64,000 nt of DNA from the IMG/VR virus record IMGVR_UViG_3300013307_000673. One strand, given 5' to 3'. Below the pieces are notes generated by a model, which saw only the letters and a program-made list of their open reading frames with translations, did no database searches and had not been told where the DNA came from. This document shows, piece by piece, positions 36,180 through 46,398 of the stretch; position 1 is the stretch's first letter; each line of letters starts with the position of its first letter. The DNA comes from a virus (taxonomy: Duplodnaviria > Heunggongvirae > Uroviricota > Caudoviricetes). The position numbers were made by a program, and so were the translations under genes.

Positions 36180-36416
36180 TTATTTTTTTAGAAACCTTTG
36201 CAGATAAGGTTCAGCTCTTTTTGTATCTGACGCCAGAACCACCTCAAGCGGCCCTCTTAAGACACCATCCACTAAGACGTTCTCATGCTTGTATCCACCT
36301 ATATCGTATTTTATGATCTCAGTTATTAAACCTTTAGCCACAAAGCCCTGCTCTGGTAGCGTTAAATACCAGATCTCATCGTTTTTCTTAAGCTTATTTC
36401 CTACAACGTCTTTCAT
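36180..36416 (-). CDS. hypothetical protein
   Basis: Start moved to MKDVVG (AAGGAG RBS). Confidence 0.65.
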   Translation of the reverse strand: MKDVVGNKLKKNDEIWYLTLPEQGFVAKGLITEIIKYDIGGYKHENVLVDGVLRGPLEVVLASDTKRAEPYLQRFLKK

Positions 36417-36516
36417 GATAATCTCCTTGCCTGAAGTTTTAAATTTGATACAGTAAACGTTTAAGTGTAGCATTTACCAATATTAAATGAAAGTAATATT
36501 AATAAAGGAGTTAGCA

Positions 36517-36909
36517 ATGGGATTTTACACAACCACATCTTTAAATCGTTATGCAAATCTTGGGAGTCCAGGAGAAAATGACGATAGCTTAGGCGATTAT
36601 TGGGAACGTATTAACGATACATATATTGAAAATGAGAAAAGCCTTGAACTAGCTCAAAAATATGGCGTCTCACTTTCCGTTGAAACCAGTCAGGAACGCT
36701 ATCAGCTTTTATTTGTTATTCATAATGCGGGCAGTGAAATCCAGAGTCATTTTTACGCCGATGAGTTTTGGGATCTTCCAGATGTTAAAGATGATGAAAC
36801 ATTTTTCCAACGCTCTGAGGATTTTATTAAAGAGTTTGTTTCAGCATTCCCGGAGTTCGAAGGTTGTGAGTTTGGCACGGTAAGTAAACGTTTTTCAGCA
36901 TCATCTTAA
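36517..36909 (+). CDS. paralog family A, copy 1
   Basis: AAGGAG RBS; SLNRY...SLELAQKYGV...LFVIHN...PDVKDDETFFQRSEDF. Confidence 0.85.
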   Translation: MGFYTTTSLNRYANLGSPGENDDSLGDYWERINDTYIENEKSLELAQKYGVSLSVETSQERYQLLFVIHNAGSEIQSHFYADEFWDLPDVKDDETFFQRSEDFIKEFVSAFPEFEGCEFGTVSKRFSASS

Positions 36910-36929
36910 ACAAAAAGGAGCAATAAATA

Positions 36930-37307
36930 ATGAGCATATATGCACTGGTGTCATTAAATACTGTTATTACGATCAAAGAAGACATTGATTATGATGAAGA
37001 CTACGATATTTTTGAAGAACTACATAGTAAATATGTATTGAAATCCAGAAATCTGGCAGAGTCATACAATCTTGAAACAGAAGTTTCTTTTTCTGACGAT
37101 AATCTCAACCTTATTATCCATAATAAATTGGGAAAAAATACGCTAGTTTTTAGTAGTGGCGAAACACATGACTTTCCCATCATTCCCGATGATGAGACCT
37201 TTAGTGATCGCTGTCAGGCATTTATCAAAGATTTAGCCGCAATTTATCCAGAAGTTTCTAACTTTAATATACCTGAAGCTAAAAAAAGGATATTTACTTT
37301 TTCATAA
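36930..37307 (+). CDS. paralog family, B-type copy
   Basis: SLN...LIIHN...PDDETF...KKRIFTFS. Confidence 0.85.
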   Translation: MSIYALVSLNTVITIKEDIDYDEDYDIFEELHSKYVLKSRNLAESYNLETEVSFSDDNLNLIIHNKLGKNTLVFSSGETHDFPIIPDDETFSDRCQAFIKDLAAIYPEVSNFNIPEAKKRIFTFS

Positions 37308-37454
37308 TCATCATGTTTTTCTTTTAACATAAAGAATACCAATATAAAGCCTCGTTAGAGGCTTTTATTATTTATTTACTATACTTTTATACACTTGACT
37401 AAGAAAAGCCTGCTTGTATGATGAAGTGATTAATAACAACAAGAGGATTTTACT

Positions 37455-37883
37455 ATGGAACTTATGGCAATAGCGACACTCAATCGCTACATAAACTTTG
37501 ACGACCCCAATGATGACGAAGACGAAGATTTTGATTACGTGGAACTGATTGAAAAAACCTATATCAATAATACTAAAAGCCGTGAGTTGTGCAATAAATA
37601 TGGGATCTATTTAACGACATTAAGAATTGATAACGATAGTTTAATTTTAATTATGATACATGATAGAGAAAGTGCAGTTCGTATTCCCTTATATAAAGGT
37701 GAACTTTTTAAGTTTCCAGACATTAAAGATGATGAAACTTTTTTCCAACGAACAGAGGATTTCCTTAAAGAGTTTACCATTTCCTTCCCTGATTTCGAAG
37801 ATATTGACTTTGGCCCTGTTGGTAAACGATTTACTGTAGAGAACCAAAATGACACTAAAAAGCACCCGCTCACTGCGCTATAG
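37455..37883 (+). CDS. paralog family A, copy 2 (ends TAG)
   Basis: TLNRY...PDIKDDETFFQRTEDF...VGKRF; own TTGACT promoter. Confidence 0.85.
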   Translation: MELMAIATLNRYINFDDPNDDEDEDFDYVELIEKTYINNTKSRELCNKYGIYLTTLRIDNDSLILIMIHDRESAVRIPLYKGELFKFPDIKDDETFFQRTEDFLKEFTISFPDFEDIDFGPVGKRFTVENQNDTKKHPLTAL

Positions 37884-38073
37884 GACGGATTTTTACGATA
37901 TTTTCAGGTAAAAAAAAGAATATTTACTTCTCCATAACTCCTTAAGCGCACATATAGAGTATTACTTAAAAGCCTCATCTGAGGCTTTTTCTTTTAACTC
38001 ATTCTTCATATAATTGACGAAATAAATCCTGCCTGTATGATATGACCATCAATAATAACAAGAGGATTTAACT

Positions 38074-38463
38074 ATGGGACTTTGGATCAGTGCAACACTA
38101 AATCGTTATACATCTATCGGCGGTGGACATGATTATGAGGATGTTTACGAATATTCAGAGCGAATTGAAAAAACTTACATTAAGGATCCTAAAAGCCTTG
38201 AACTAGCAAAAAAATACGGCGTTTATTTGAATACAACTATGGTTAATGATGGCGACCTGGTTTTGTTTATGATACATAACAAAGATAGTGAAGTTCGAGA
38301 TCATTTGTATGCAGGTGAACTTTGGGATATTCCCGATGTTAAAGACGACGAAACCTTTTTCCAACGCACAGAAGATTTTGCTAAAGAATTCCTTCTTGCT
38401 TTCCCAAGCTTCGAAGAGATGGAGTTTAGCTCTGTAGGCAAACGATTCACAGCAGTGTCTTAA
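38074..38463 (+). CDS. paralog family A, copy 3
   Basis: TLNRY...PDVKDDETFFQRTEDF...VGKRF; own TTGACG promoter. Confidence 0.85.
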   Translation: MGLWISATLNRYTSIGGGHDYEDVYEYSERIEKTYIKDPKSLELAKKYGVYLNTTMVNDGDLVLFMIHNKDSEVRDHLYAGELWDIPDVKDDETFFQRTEDFAKEFLLAFPSFEEMEFSSVGKRFTAVS

Positions 38464-38626
38464 ATGAACAGACTCTACGGAATTGAAAAATTTTAAACAG
38501 AATCCTCTACAGAGGCTTTTTGATCTATTCCTGTATATATTTTTTATACATATTAGTTTTAAAATTTGATATTTAATGTATATACATGTATATGTGTTTT
38601 AATAATACTACTAAGAGGAATAAAAC

Positions 38627-38995
38627 ATGAGTATTTGGACAAGAGCATCATTAAACCGCATAGCCTTGATTGGTGAATGTAGTGATTATGATTATAACGA
38701 ATTAGAAAAGAACTATATTGAGCCTTTAAAAGATTTATGTGAAGAGTTCAATTTAAGTATTGAATATGCTCCAAAAGATAGTTACTCAACGTATTATTTA
38801 GTCATTCATAATAATGGAAGCGAAACAGGCGATACATATTACGATGGCGATATTTCAGATTTACCAGTTATAAGAAATGATGATACTTTTTATCAACGAA
38901 CAGAAGATTTTATTAAAAAAGCGATTGAAATAGTGCCTGAGATTAAAGACCTAAAGTTTGAAGAAGCTAAAGCTAGAGTTTTTACATTCTCTTAA
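38627..38995 (+). CDS. paralog family, B-type copy 2
   Basis: SLNR...LVIHN...NDDTFYQRTEDF...KARVFTFS. Confidence 0.85.
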   Translation: MSIWTRASLNRIALIGECSDYDYNELEKNYIEPLKDLCEEFNLSIEYAPKDSYSTYYLVIHNNGSETGDTYYDGDISDLPVIRNDDTFYQRTEDFIKKAIEIVPEIKDLKFEEAKARVFTFS

Positions 38996-39027
38996 ATAAA
39001 AGAAAAGCCTCTTCAGAGGCTTTTCTT

Positions 39028-39573
39028 TTATTTCTCAGGCGGCACATTCAGATCAATGCCATATTTATGAATATTCCCTTCATGAACCTCGCCAGTTTCA
39101 GCGAGAGAGACTAAACAATCCCAATCTCTGATCCCCTGAGCAACTGTATCAAAACTTCTAATATGCTCCTCTCTGTAAGAATGTAAACGCTCAGCAAACT
39201 CCTGACGTTTTTCATACGCCTTTTGCTCTTCAATGCGAGCGTCAATCTTACTTAAATCAGAATGCAGCTCTTTCATGCGCTCCTGCTCAATCGCAATCGT
39301 GCGATCACACACCTTAACAATCGTTTCAATCAAGTCTTTCTTCTTGGATGCCTGAAGCATAGCAGAACGAAAATCACCAAACATCTTCTGCATTTGCTCA
39401 GAACGTGCTTTAATCGCATCACGCGTATCTTTATTGTAAGCCAAACCTGAAACCTCAGATTTTACCATTTCACAATACGCAATGTTGCGTTCGCAAAGCT
39501 CCAGCTTCTGATGAAGCTTAGCCTGAGCAGCACCCAAAGTGTATTCAGCACGGTTAGCGATAACGTGTGTCAT
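39028..39573 (-). CDS. coiled-coil hypothetical protein
   Basis: Start moved to MTHVIA (GAGGA RBS; promoter at 39604-39632). Confidence 0.75.
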   Translation of the reverse strand: MTHVIANRAEYTLGAAQAKLHQKLELCERNIAYCEMVKSEVSGLAYNKDTRDAIKARSEQMQKMFGDFRSAMLQASKKKDLIETIVKVCDRTIAIEQERMKELHSDLSKIDARIEEQKAYEKRQEFAERLHSYREEHIRSFDTVAQGIRDWDCLVSLAETGEVHEGNIHKYGIDLNVPPEK

Positions 39574-39755
39574 TTCCGATTCCTCATCTCTTAGTAGACG
39601 TTCATTATAACAACAAATCAAATCATGCACAATAAAAAAATAAAACTATAAAATCTATAATATCAATTGTTTACTTAAAGCGCCTTCCTTTTTTTCTTCA
39701 TTATTCGCACAATTTTAATCCAGCCATCAATCCAGATTCTACGATTATCCATTTT

Positions 39756-40109
39756 TTATTTCCGGTAAGGCGCTGGCAGCATATCTACACCGAGAGTTTT
39801 GATTTCTTCAGCATATTCCATCATCTCATCAATGGCATCTTCATCACTAGAGTGAAGATAGACAGTTTTGAGATTTGTGAACGATCCTTCTTTTCTACCA
39901 TGAAGCACTTCAAACACCAGTTCAGAGCCATCAAGATAAAGATCATCCATATAGTAATCCAGATAAAGCACATCGATTTCCTCAGCATGTTCCTTGATAT
40001 AACGAATAGCCTCACGGATTTTCTTAATCCATACAATGCCTTCACACTCAGCCGCCGACAGGAAATCTTGTGGTGCGCGTTCATCATCAATCCAGACTTT
40101 CTTGCTCAT
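39756..40109 (-). CDS. cyclic-phosphate-processing receiver-domain protein
   Basis: VWIDDER.P...W......I.VLYLDYY..DG pattern of this REC-like family. Confidence 0.7.
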   Translation of the reverse strand: MSKKVWIDDERAPQDFLSAAECEGIVWIKKIREAIRYIKEHAEEIDVLYLDYYMDDLYLDGSELVFEVLHGRKEGSFTNLKTVYLHSSDEDAIDEMMEYAEEIKTLGVDMLPAPYRK

Positions 40110-40124
40110 TCGATTGTTCCTTTC

Positions 40125-40487
40125 TTATTTACGATACGTGGCGATTTTAAGCTCAATACCTTCAGATTTAAGCTTAGGGGCATACTTCATCAGTGATTTT
40201 ACTTTTTCTTTAGCATCAGAGTGAAGATAAACGGCTTTAAGTTGAGGGAACTTACTACGCCCAAAGCGCTGAACCAACATCACAAACTCAGAGCCAAAGA
40301 GAACACAGCTATCCATATAGTAATCCAGATAAAGCACCTCTATATCTGCCGCTTTTTTCTGAACATACTCAAGTGCCTCATGGATAGACTTAATCCATAC
40401 AACAGATTGCGCCACTGCCGCTGGCAAAGACCCTTTGGGATCCCGCTTATCATCTATCCACACATGCTGAGCCATTTTCATCCTCAT
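40125..40487 (-). CDS. cyclic-phosphate-processing receiver-domain protein (tandem paralog)
   Basis: VWIDDKRDP...VLYLDYYMD...VYLHSD. Confidence 0.7.
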   Translation of the reverse strand: MRMKMAQHVWIDDKRDPKGSLPAAVAQSVVWIKSIHEALEYVQKKAADIEVLYLDYYMDSCVLFGSEFVMLVQRFGRSKFPQLKAVYLHSDAKEKVKSLMKYAPKLKSEGIELKIATYRK

Positions 40488-40568
40488 TGGTTATTAAGTC
40501 AACATTATAGCAACTTTTAAAGTCATGCACAACAAAAAAGAGGCCGGAGCCTCTTTTTATCGCTTTAC

Positions 40569-40997
40569 TTACCAGTCATGAACAGGCTCACTATCAGCCA
40601 ATGCTTCCTGATGTTCCGCTTCACTGATTTCCCACTCAGTCGCACCTAATACACGAAGTTGCTCACTGGTAAAATCGTAGTCGCCATTTTCATCCTGATG
40701 AATATAACGGCAACCTGCTTTACTTAACTTCTGATACTGCTCTTCCGTGATTCCCGCATCTTGCAAGAATAAACCACGACGGAGTTTGTCAAATGCACGA
40801 TCCGCTTTTTTAGCCTCGCTGGTAGGCGCTTGACGCTCACGACCATACTGCTGCCAAAACGCCTTACAGGACTTGCTACAAAAAAGACCCCAGCCACGAT
40901 TCAAGTCCGCCTGACGTGCCTGATAAATCACAGGACAGCATTTGCATTTCACTTCAACTTTCTTTCCACGCACCGCTTTCTTTTCCATTTCTCGCAT
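40569..40997 (-). CDS. zinc-finger phage protein
   Basis: CKCC...DLNRGWGLFCSKSCKA. Confidence 0.75.
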   Translation of the reverse strand: MREMEKKAVRGKKVEVKCKCCPVIYQARQADLNRGWGLFCSKSCKAFWQQYGRERQAPTSEAKKADRAFDKLRRGLFLQDAGITEEQYQKLSKAGCRYIHQDENGDYDFTSEQLRVLGATEWEISEAEHQEALADSEPVHDW

Positions 40998-41397
40998 CTC
41001 ACTTGCTTACGTTAAAAACAGTATAGCAAAGAACCACATCATGCACAAGCAATATTGTCGTTAACTTAGACCTTGCTTTTTACGCTCAGCAATACGCGCT
41101 TTCAAAGATTCCGCATTGAACGGTTTAGCATTAGGCGACGTTCCACCTGTTTTTACAGCAACTCTTTTTTTAAATTCTTGTTCTTTTTCTGACATAGAAT
41201 CTCCTTATTTAATACGTTTCTCTATTTAGAACCATATCTTAGCATAACAGTAATAGATATCATGCACAACATATCTTTTCCATAACTTCTATAAAATAAA
41301 CGTTGACTCTGATTCCTGCTTTATCGTAATATAGCCACGTTGTAGAATCATACTGAGCTAACGACTCTTTAATTAACCTTTAATTGGAGAGCGTTGT

Positions 41398-41685
41398 ATG
41401 AAAAATCAAATTAACATGAGTGTTTTTGAACTTTGTCGTAAAGAGATTAATATGCCATTAGAAGAACTTTTCCAATGGTTAGGTATCGAAGAAGAAGACC
41501 GATATTCTTTTAGCTTTGGTGATGTGCTTATCCGCTTTCTGGATAATGGTGCCGCTCAGTTTAGCTGCGCAAAAGCAGACTTTGACCGCTGGGCTAACTC
41601 ACAAGACTATGAGTTCGACTTATATCGACCTTCTGAACGTCGCGCCTTCCTTAATCTCTTCGAGTCAGGAATGCAAAAAGTATAA
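41398..41685 (+). CDS. hypothetical protein
   Basis: 95 aa, GGAG RBS. Confidence 0.75.
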   Translation: MKNQINMSVFELCRKEINMPLEELFQWLGIEEEDRYSFSFGDVLIRFLDNGAAQFSCAKADFDRWANSQDYEFDLYRPSERRAFLNLFESGMQKV

Positions 41686-41742
41686 CTTAAAACGCTATAC
41701 TCTTAAAACTAAAAGCCAATCTTGTGATTGGCTTTTTTATTT

Positions 41743-42132
41743 CTAAATAAAGTAAGATTTAACTAATGGAATCGTCCAATCTCTTATCTGATGAGCCGAA
41801 AGAAGACCAAAACAATTTCTTGTGCTTTTTTGACGAAGAAAATTATAAGCATCTTCAATTAAATGATAAGTATAATCATCCGGCTCACCATAATCATCAT
41901 AGATTTTTGCTATAGATCGAAATCCATAAGCATCAAATCCTAACTTATCATTTACCTTCAGAAAAGCATGAATAAGTATAGGAAATCCTTCTCCAATATC
42001 ATCAACCGTCTCATCACTATACCTAACGATAGCATGACACTCCAATTTCTTTAACTTTGAGGCATAAATCGCGAATATATTACAAAAACCATGCGCATGA
42101 ATATCTATAATATCTTGTCTGGTATAAGACAT
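41743..42132 (-). CDS. hypothetical protein
   Basis: HGFC..FA...HA....DAYG; start moved to MSYTRQ. Confidence 0.7.
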   Translation of the reverse strand: MSYTRQDIIDIHAHGFCNIFAIYASKLKKLECHAIVRYSDETVDDIGEGFPILIHAFLKVNDKLGFDAYGFRSIAKIYDDYGEPDDYTYHLIEDAYNFLRQKSTRNCFGLLSAHQIRDWTIPLVKSYFI

Positions 42133-42148
42133 AATCAACCTTATTTTT

Positions 42149-42526
42149 TTATTTATAGAAAAAGGGTGAGACACTCTCAACTCTTTTGGCCTTTTCTTTC
42201 ACAAAAATCAGTTGCTCCCGACCTTTTCTGACATGACTCTCATCCACCTCATAGAAAGACAATACTGCACCCAATCTTCCAAGCTCTCTGCGCCAGTAAG
42301 GATTAAAAACCCACCGATGATATTGCTCAACACTCTCAAAGCCAAAAATGTAATCCCGGTCACGAATGTCATCAAACCTAAGCTTCAGATCACGATGAGG
42401 GAGCACATGAATAGACTCATCTTCAAAATCCTTCGTGACGCGATTCCATACGCTTCTCTGCGCATTACGATAGATTCCTGAACCATCTTCCATCTCAAGC
42501 CTTAAAACGCGCATAAGCCCTCTCAT
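42149..42526 (-). CDS. conserved phage protein, possible ART-like fold
   Basis: VLRLE..G.G.Y...FGF.S.EQ..W...YEV....V..G..Q..F. Confidence 0.6.
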   Translation of the reverse strand: MRGLMRVLRLEMEDGSGIYRNAQRSVWNRVTKDFEDESIHVLPHRDLKLRFDDIRDRDYIFGFESVEQYHRWVFNPYWRRELGRLGAVLSFYEVDESHVRKGREQLIFVKEKAKRVESVSPFFYK

Positions 42527-42834
42527 TAAAGATTTTCAATACTGATGATTCGTGATGCCTCTACTGGCTTCAAACTGAAGACCTCAAAATCAACGACAGT
42601 ATAAAGCTCCAGACCTGACGCATCGACCTTAATTAAACAAATCTCTTCATCCTCATCAAAAAGATGGCACATCCAATTAGAAAGCCCTTCTTCTGCATAC
42701 GCAAGGCTCGGAAAGAAATATGTTGCTGGCTGAGGTTCGCCAAATGACTCAGAGTTTTTACCAATCAACGGCTTAAAGCCTTCAACTGCTATCTTCTCAG
42801 CATTAGCCTTACTCGTAATGTGAAAAATATGCAT
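42526..42834 (-). CDS. possible ADP-ribosyltransferase/KptA-like small domain
   Basis: IFHIT....KI..EGFKP...YF...LIKVD pattern. Confidence 0.5.
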   Translation of the reverse strand: MHIFHITSKANAEKIAVEGFKPLIGKNSESFGEPQPATYFFPSLAYAEEGLSNWMCHLFDEDEEICLIKVDASGLELYTVVDFEVFSLKPVEASRIISIENL

Positions 42835-42895
42835 GTTGCCTCACAATAAAAAAAGCCTTCCGAAGAAGGCCTATTGTAGCAAAATATCATATCAT

Positions 42896-43915
42896 TTAAA
42901 AGACAATAGTGAGCCACATATCAGGATTATCAAGATAATCACCTAAGAAATCTAAGCTCTGGATTTGTGCTGGATTCAAATGAACGTGTTTCAAATCAGC
43001 ATGTTTAGCTTCGAAATCTTCGATAGATTTTCTTTCTGCATGGTAAGACTCATACTTAAACGCTTCTTTTATATCATTTATATGAAGATATTGAGAAACT
43101 CTAACATTATGCTTAGGCGTTACGAACTCGCCTTCACGTAAGTCATAGAGCAACTCATGAGAGCGTTTAAACAGCTCTCGCTTTAACTCCTGTGAAGAAT
43201 GAACGTCATTCATCGGGCGCGGAGCCAGCAGAATAGAACACTCAAAGAAGATGTTCATCATCACCATATCATCCAACAAGACATTCAACGTCTCTTCATC
43301 GGTCAAACCATACTTAAGCTTCAGGTCGCCAAAAATATGATGTCCCGGCTCAGCTATTACATCAATCGCATACTCATGAAGGCTGCCCACATGGAACTCC
43401 ATGCGATATTCCTTATCTTCTTCTGACAGACCTGCTCCAAACTTATCACGCATCTCAATATAATGCTTAAATCCTTGATTAATGCGACTCAGCGCCTTCT
43501 CCTTATGAAAAGCCACCATCTGATCGTAAATCTCTGCGTTAATCAATCCATACTTAAGATATGCGCTTTTATTTACAGCCACATTCTTAAGAACCATTGT
43601 TTGTTTACCGCCAGTATGAATAGAGTCAAATACCTCATCAAAGGTCAAATCTGAATTACCCTGATCATTTCTCAATACAGAGAGAATGTATTGAGATTTA
43701 ATATCATCTTCAATCTCGAACGTGCTACGCTCAACATAACGCGCCGTCATACTTACACCACCGAGAATCTTAGCCACATCCCACGGATAGAAAACATTAT
43801 CGCTAAACACGGGCTGACCATGTATACCATCTGCCACCAAAATAAACAGTTTCACACTGCTTCCTTCAGCAATAGGCGTATTCGATAACATACACATCTG
43901 ATTTGAAAATCCCAT
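42896..43915 (-). CDS. hypothetical protein, paralog 1
   Basis: MGFSNQMCMLSNTPI...; similar to next ORF. Confidence 0.85.
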   Translation of the reverse strand: MGFSNQMCMLSNTPIAEGSSVKLFILVADGIHGQPVFSDNVFYPWDVAKILGGVSMTARYVERSTFEIEDDIKSQYILSVLRNDQGNSDLTFDEVFDSIHTGGKQTMVLKNVAVNKSAYLKYGLINAEIYDQMVAFHKEKALSRINQGFKHYIEMRDKFGAGLSEEDKEYRMEFHVGSLHEYAIDVIAEPGHHIFGDLKLKYGLTDEETLNVLLDDMVMMNIFFECSILLAPRPMNDVHSSQELKRELFKRSHELLYDLREGEFVTPKHNVRVSQYLHINDIKEAFKYESYHAERKSIEDFEAKHADLKHVHLNPAQIQSLDFLGDYLDNPDMWLTIVF

Positions 43916-43967
43916 TTACACCTCGTTTTTTTATATTAACGCCTTCTTTGCGGAGGGCCATCTAAGT

Positions 43968-45023
43968 TTAAAGCAGAACCAATACATCCTGATGCTTGTC
44001 TCGCAGTGATTCTTTCAGGAATAATAGGCTTTCTACATTTTTCGCCTCAATATAGACATGACTTTGGCCTTCATGCTGTTCAACAAAACGCTCGAAATCT
44101 TCCTGAGCGCCCGGCATGTAATCGCCACACTCTTCTAAATAATCGGTAAGATTCTGCTTTGTAACTTCCTGAATAACCTTGACGCGCTTCCTCACCTCAA
44201 CACACTCTTCATCATAATAATCGTTAAGGAAATACTCCATGCCTTTTTTAAGCACTTTCTCCCTTAAAGATTCATTAGCTATCTCATGATTTAAACTCTT
44301 AGGAGAAAGCGTAACGCCTAACTCATATAATCCATCCATTAACACAAGATCATCAGCAATCCGGTCAAACACCTCTTGCTCAGTAAGCTCTGGCATATGC
44401 TGACTAAACAGATAAAAGGCGCATTTACCTAAATCATTATCTAAGCACATAGGCGTATATTCATCAAAGAAGTTCATGTGTCTTAACATCAGATCTTTAG
44501 CGCGTTCCGCCTTATCTTCTGATGGCAGATGATTGTCATTATTAGCCCTATTAATGACCTCGTTGATTCTTGAGAGCTGCTCCATGAGTTTCTCTTTTAA
44601 GCCAGCTTTCTGACTTTCCCCATGATGAATCAACTCTGCATAGGCAAAATCATGAACGCAAGCGATATTCATGAAGACATTCTCTCTGGTGAATGATGGA
44701 CAGGCAAGCTTCCCTTCATCAATCAACTCAAAAACCTTGGAGAAGCCCATATCAGGCTCACCAGTCAACTTTTTCAGTAAATCCAGCAGGAAGTCTGACT
44801 TTTCGTTTTTAACCACATCAAAGCGATTGTAGCCACGATAAACCGCATCTACACACATTCCGCCAAAGATTTTAAAAGCAGACCACGGATTAGGCATAGC
44901 ACCCGTCATAATGGTTTTCTGATTGCGATAGTCTCCATTCGAAACCAAAAAGAAAACTTTTACCGCAGCATCCGGCTTTACTGGCACATTTGATACCATA
45001 CACATCTGATTAAACGATCCCAT
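43968..45023 (-). CDS. hypothetical protein, paralog 2
   Basis: MGSFNQMCMVSNVPV; start moved to match paralog and AAGGAG RBS. Confidence 0.85.
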   Translation of the reverse strand: MGSFNQMCMVSNVPVKPDAAVKVFFLVSNGDYRNQKTIMTGAMPNPWSAFKIFGGMCVDAVYRGYNRFDVVKNEKSDFLLDLLKKLTGEPDMGFSKVFELIDEGKLACPSFTRENVFMNIACVHDFAYAELIHHGESQKAGLKEKLMEQLSRINEVINRANNDNHLPSEDKAERAKDLMLRHMNFFDEYTPMCLDNDLGKCAFYLFSQHMPELTEQEVFDRIADDLVLMDGLYELGVTLSPKSLNHEIANESLREKVLKKGMEYFLNDYYDEECVEVRKRVKVIQEVTKQNLTDYLEECGDYMPGAQEDFERFVEQHEGQSHVYIEAKNVESLLFLKESLRDKHQDVLVLL

Positions 45024-45080
45024 CCGCTCTCCTTTGTCTATTTTTAAAAAAACAAAAACCCCGAATGAACGGGGCATATT

Positions 45081-45383
45081 TTATCTTCTTCCTCTGCCTT
45101 TCAGGTTTCGATTACCTTTTGTGAAATCCTTTAGATCCCGACGAGAATATCCGTGATGGTATTGCTGAGAAGCAGGCACCTCAACGTCTTGAATCGTGAC
45201 AAACCCCATGTTATTCATTGCGACTGTTTCAGAAAGAGACATAGAATTACTTTTGCTTTTACCATTCTGCTTAGCATAGAAGTTTGACAGTAAGCCGCTA
45301 CCAATAACACCACAGCCAATTATCGCAACTTTCTGAGTTTTCTTACCTTCTTCAATCGACTCCTGATCTTCTTTATAGCTCAT
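45081..45383 (-). CDS. hypothetical protein
   Basis: 100 aa; KVAIIGCGVIG segment; basic tail. Confidence 0.7.
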   Translation of the reverse strand: MSYKEDQESIEEGKKTQKVAIIGCGVIGSGLLSNFYAKQNGKSKSNSMSLSETVAMNNMGFVTIQDVEVPASQQYHHGYSRRDLKDFTKGNRNLKGRGRR

Positions 45384-45447
45384 TGGTTTTATCTCTTCAA
45401 AAAAAAGTATAACGCATTATATACTAACGTTGTCATTAAAACAAGAT

Positions 45448-46098
45448 TTATTGAGAGGCTTTCAATTTTAAGCTAGCTTCTCTTTCCTCTGTTAAACAGG
45501 AGATATCACCATCCTGCCATGAGAGCATGATAAAAATCGGCTTAGAATCTTCTTTCAGATAGATTTCACCTTCCATATCGCCATTGGTGTAGTCCATACG
45601 TGAACGCATGGTTTCAGTCCAGTCAATATCTTCTGCGCTCACCTTTGCTGATACCGTTAGCTCTATAGTCCTTTCTTCAGACTCATTACCACAGTAAGCC
45701 GAAGGATTATAGGTTGACCAGAAACGCCCTATATCGAAATCTTCAGTGGTGGCTCTATCAAACATAGCCTGATTACACCAGATAGTGCGCTTTATCAAAA
45801 ACAAACCATCTGACTTATCTACGCATTGCTTTAAATCTGATTCCAGCCATTCTTTCGCATAACGAAAACGTTGCGGCAACCAAGCTTCGAAGTAAGCTCT
45901 GAAAGCAGGATGAACGACCATATCCTCAAAAGTCATTTTATGACCTTGACACTCCACAGGAAAATCATCCTCATCCTGTTTATCATCTATACAATCATAG
46001 AGATCTGCACCGTGATGGCTCCATTTCATCGTTGAATAAAGGCCATCAATATATTCGCGTGTAAGAAACTTTTCCTGGCTAATCATAAAAATCCCCAA
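45448..46098 (-). CDS. hypothetical protein
   Basis: 216-aa acidic ORF; start uncertain. Confidence 0.75.
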   Translation of the reverse strand: MGIFMISQEKFLTREYIDGLYSTMKWSHHGADLYDCIDDKQDEDDFPVECQGHKMTFEDMVVHPAFRAYFEAWLPQRFRYAKEWLESDLKQCVDKSDGLFLIKRTIWCNQAMFDRATTEDFDIGRFWSTYNPSAYCGNESEERTIELTVSAKVSAEDIDWTETMRSRMDYTNGDMEGEIYLKEDSKPIFIMLSWQDGDISCLTEEREASLKLKASQ

Positions 46099-46139
46099 AC
46101 GTGCAAAGAAAAAGGCGACTCTCGCCGCCTGTTATTCGA

Positions 46140-46322
46140 TTAGTAATCGAACTTGCCTTTGTGCTTCTGCTTACGCATCAGCTTTTCGTTTTTCTTACGG
46201 TCTACCTCAGTCTTTGAAGCAAACAGAGGCTGCATCACAATAGACTTTGCACCGTTGATTTTTACGTCTTTCATTTCCATGCTCCAATAAGAGAAAATAG
46301 GGTTTCGCGTTTCAATGAACAT
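46140..46322 (-). CDS. small basic hypothetical protein
   Basis: 60 aa; start uncertain. Confidence 0.5.
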   Translation of the reverse strand: MFIETRNPIFSYWSMEMKDVKINGAKSIVMQPLFASKTEVDRKKNEKLMRKQKHKGKFDY

Positions 46323-46398
46323 ACTATACCATCAGGTATTGTCAGACGCAACCTTTTTTTAGCCTTTTTGAAATAAAAAAGGGGCAAGCCCCTTCTTT

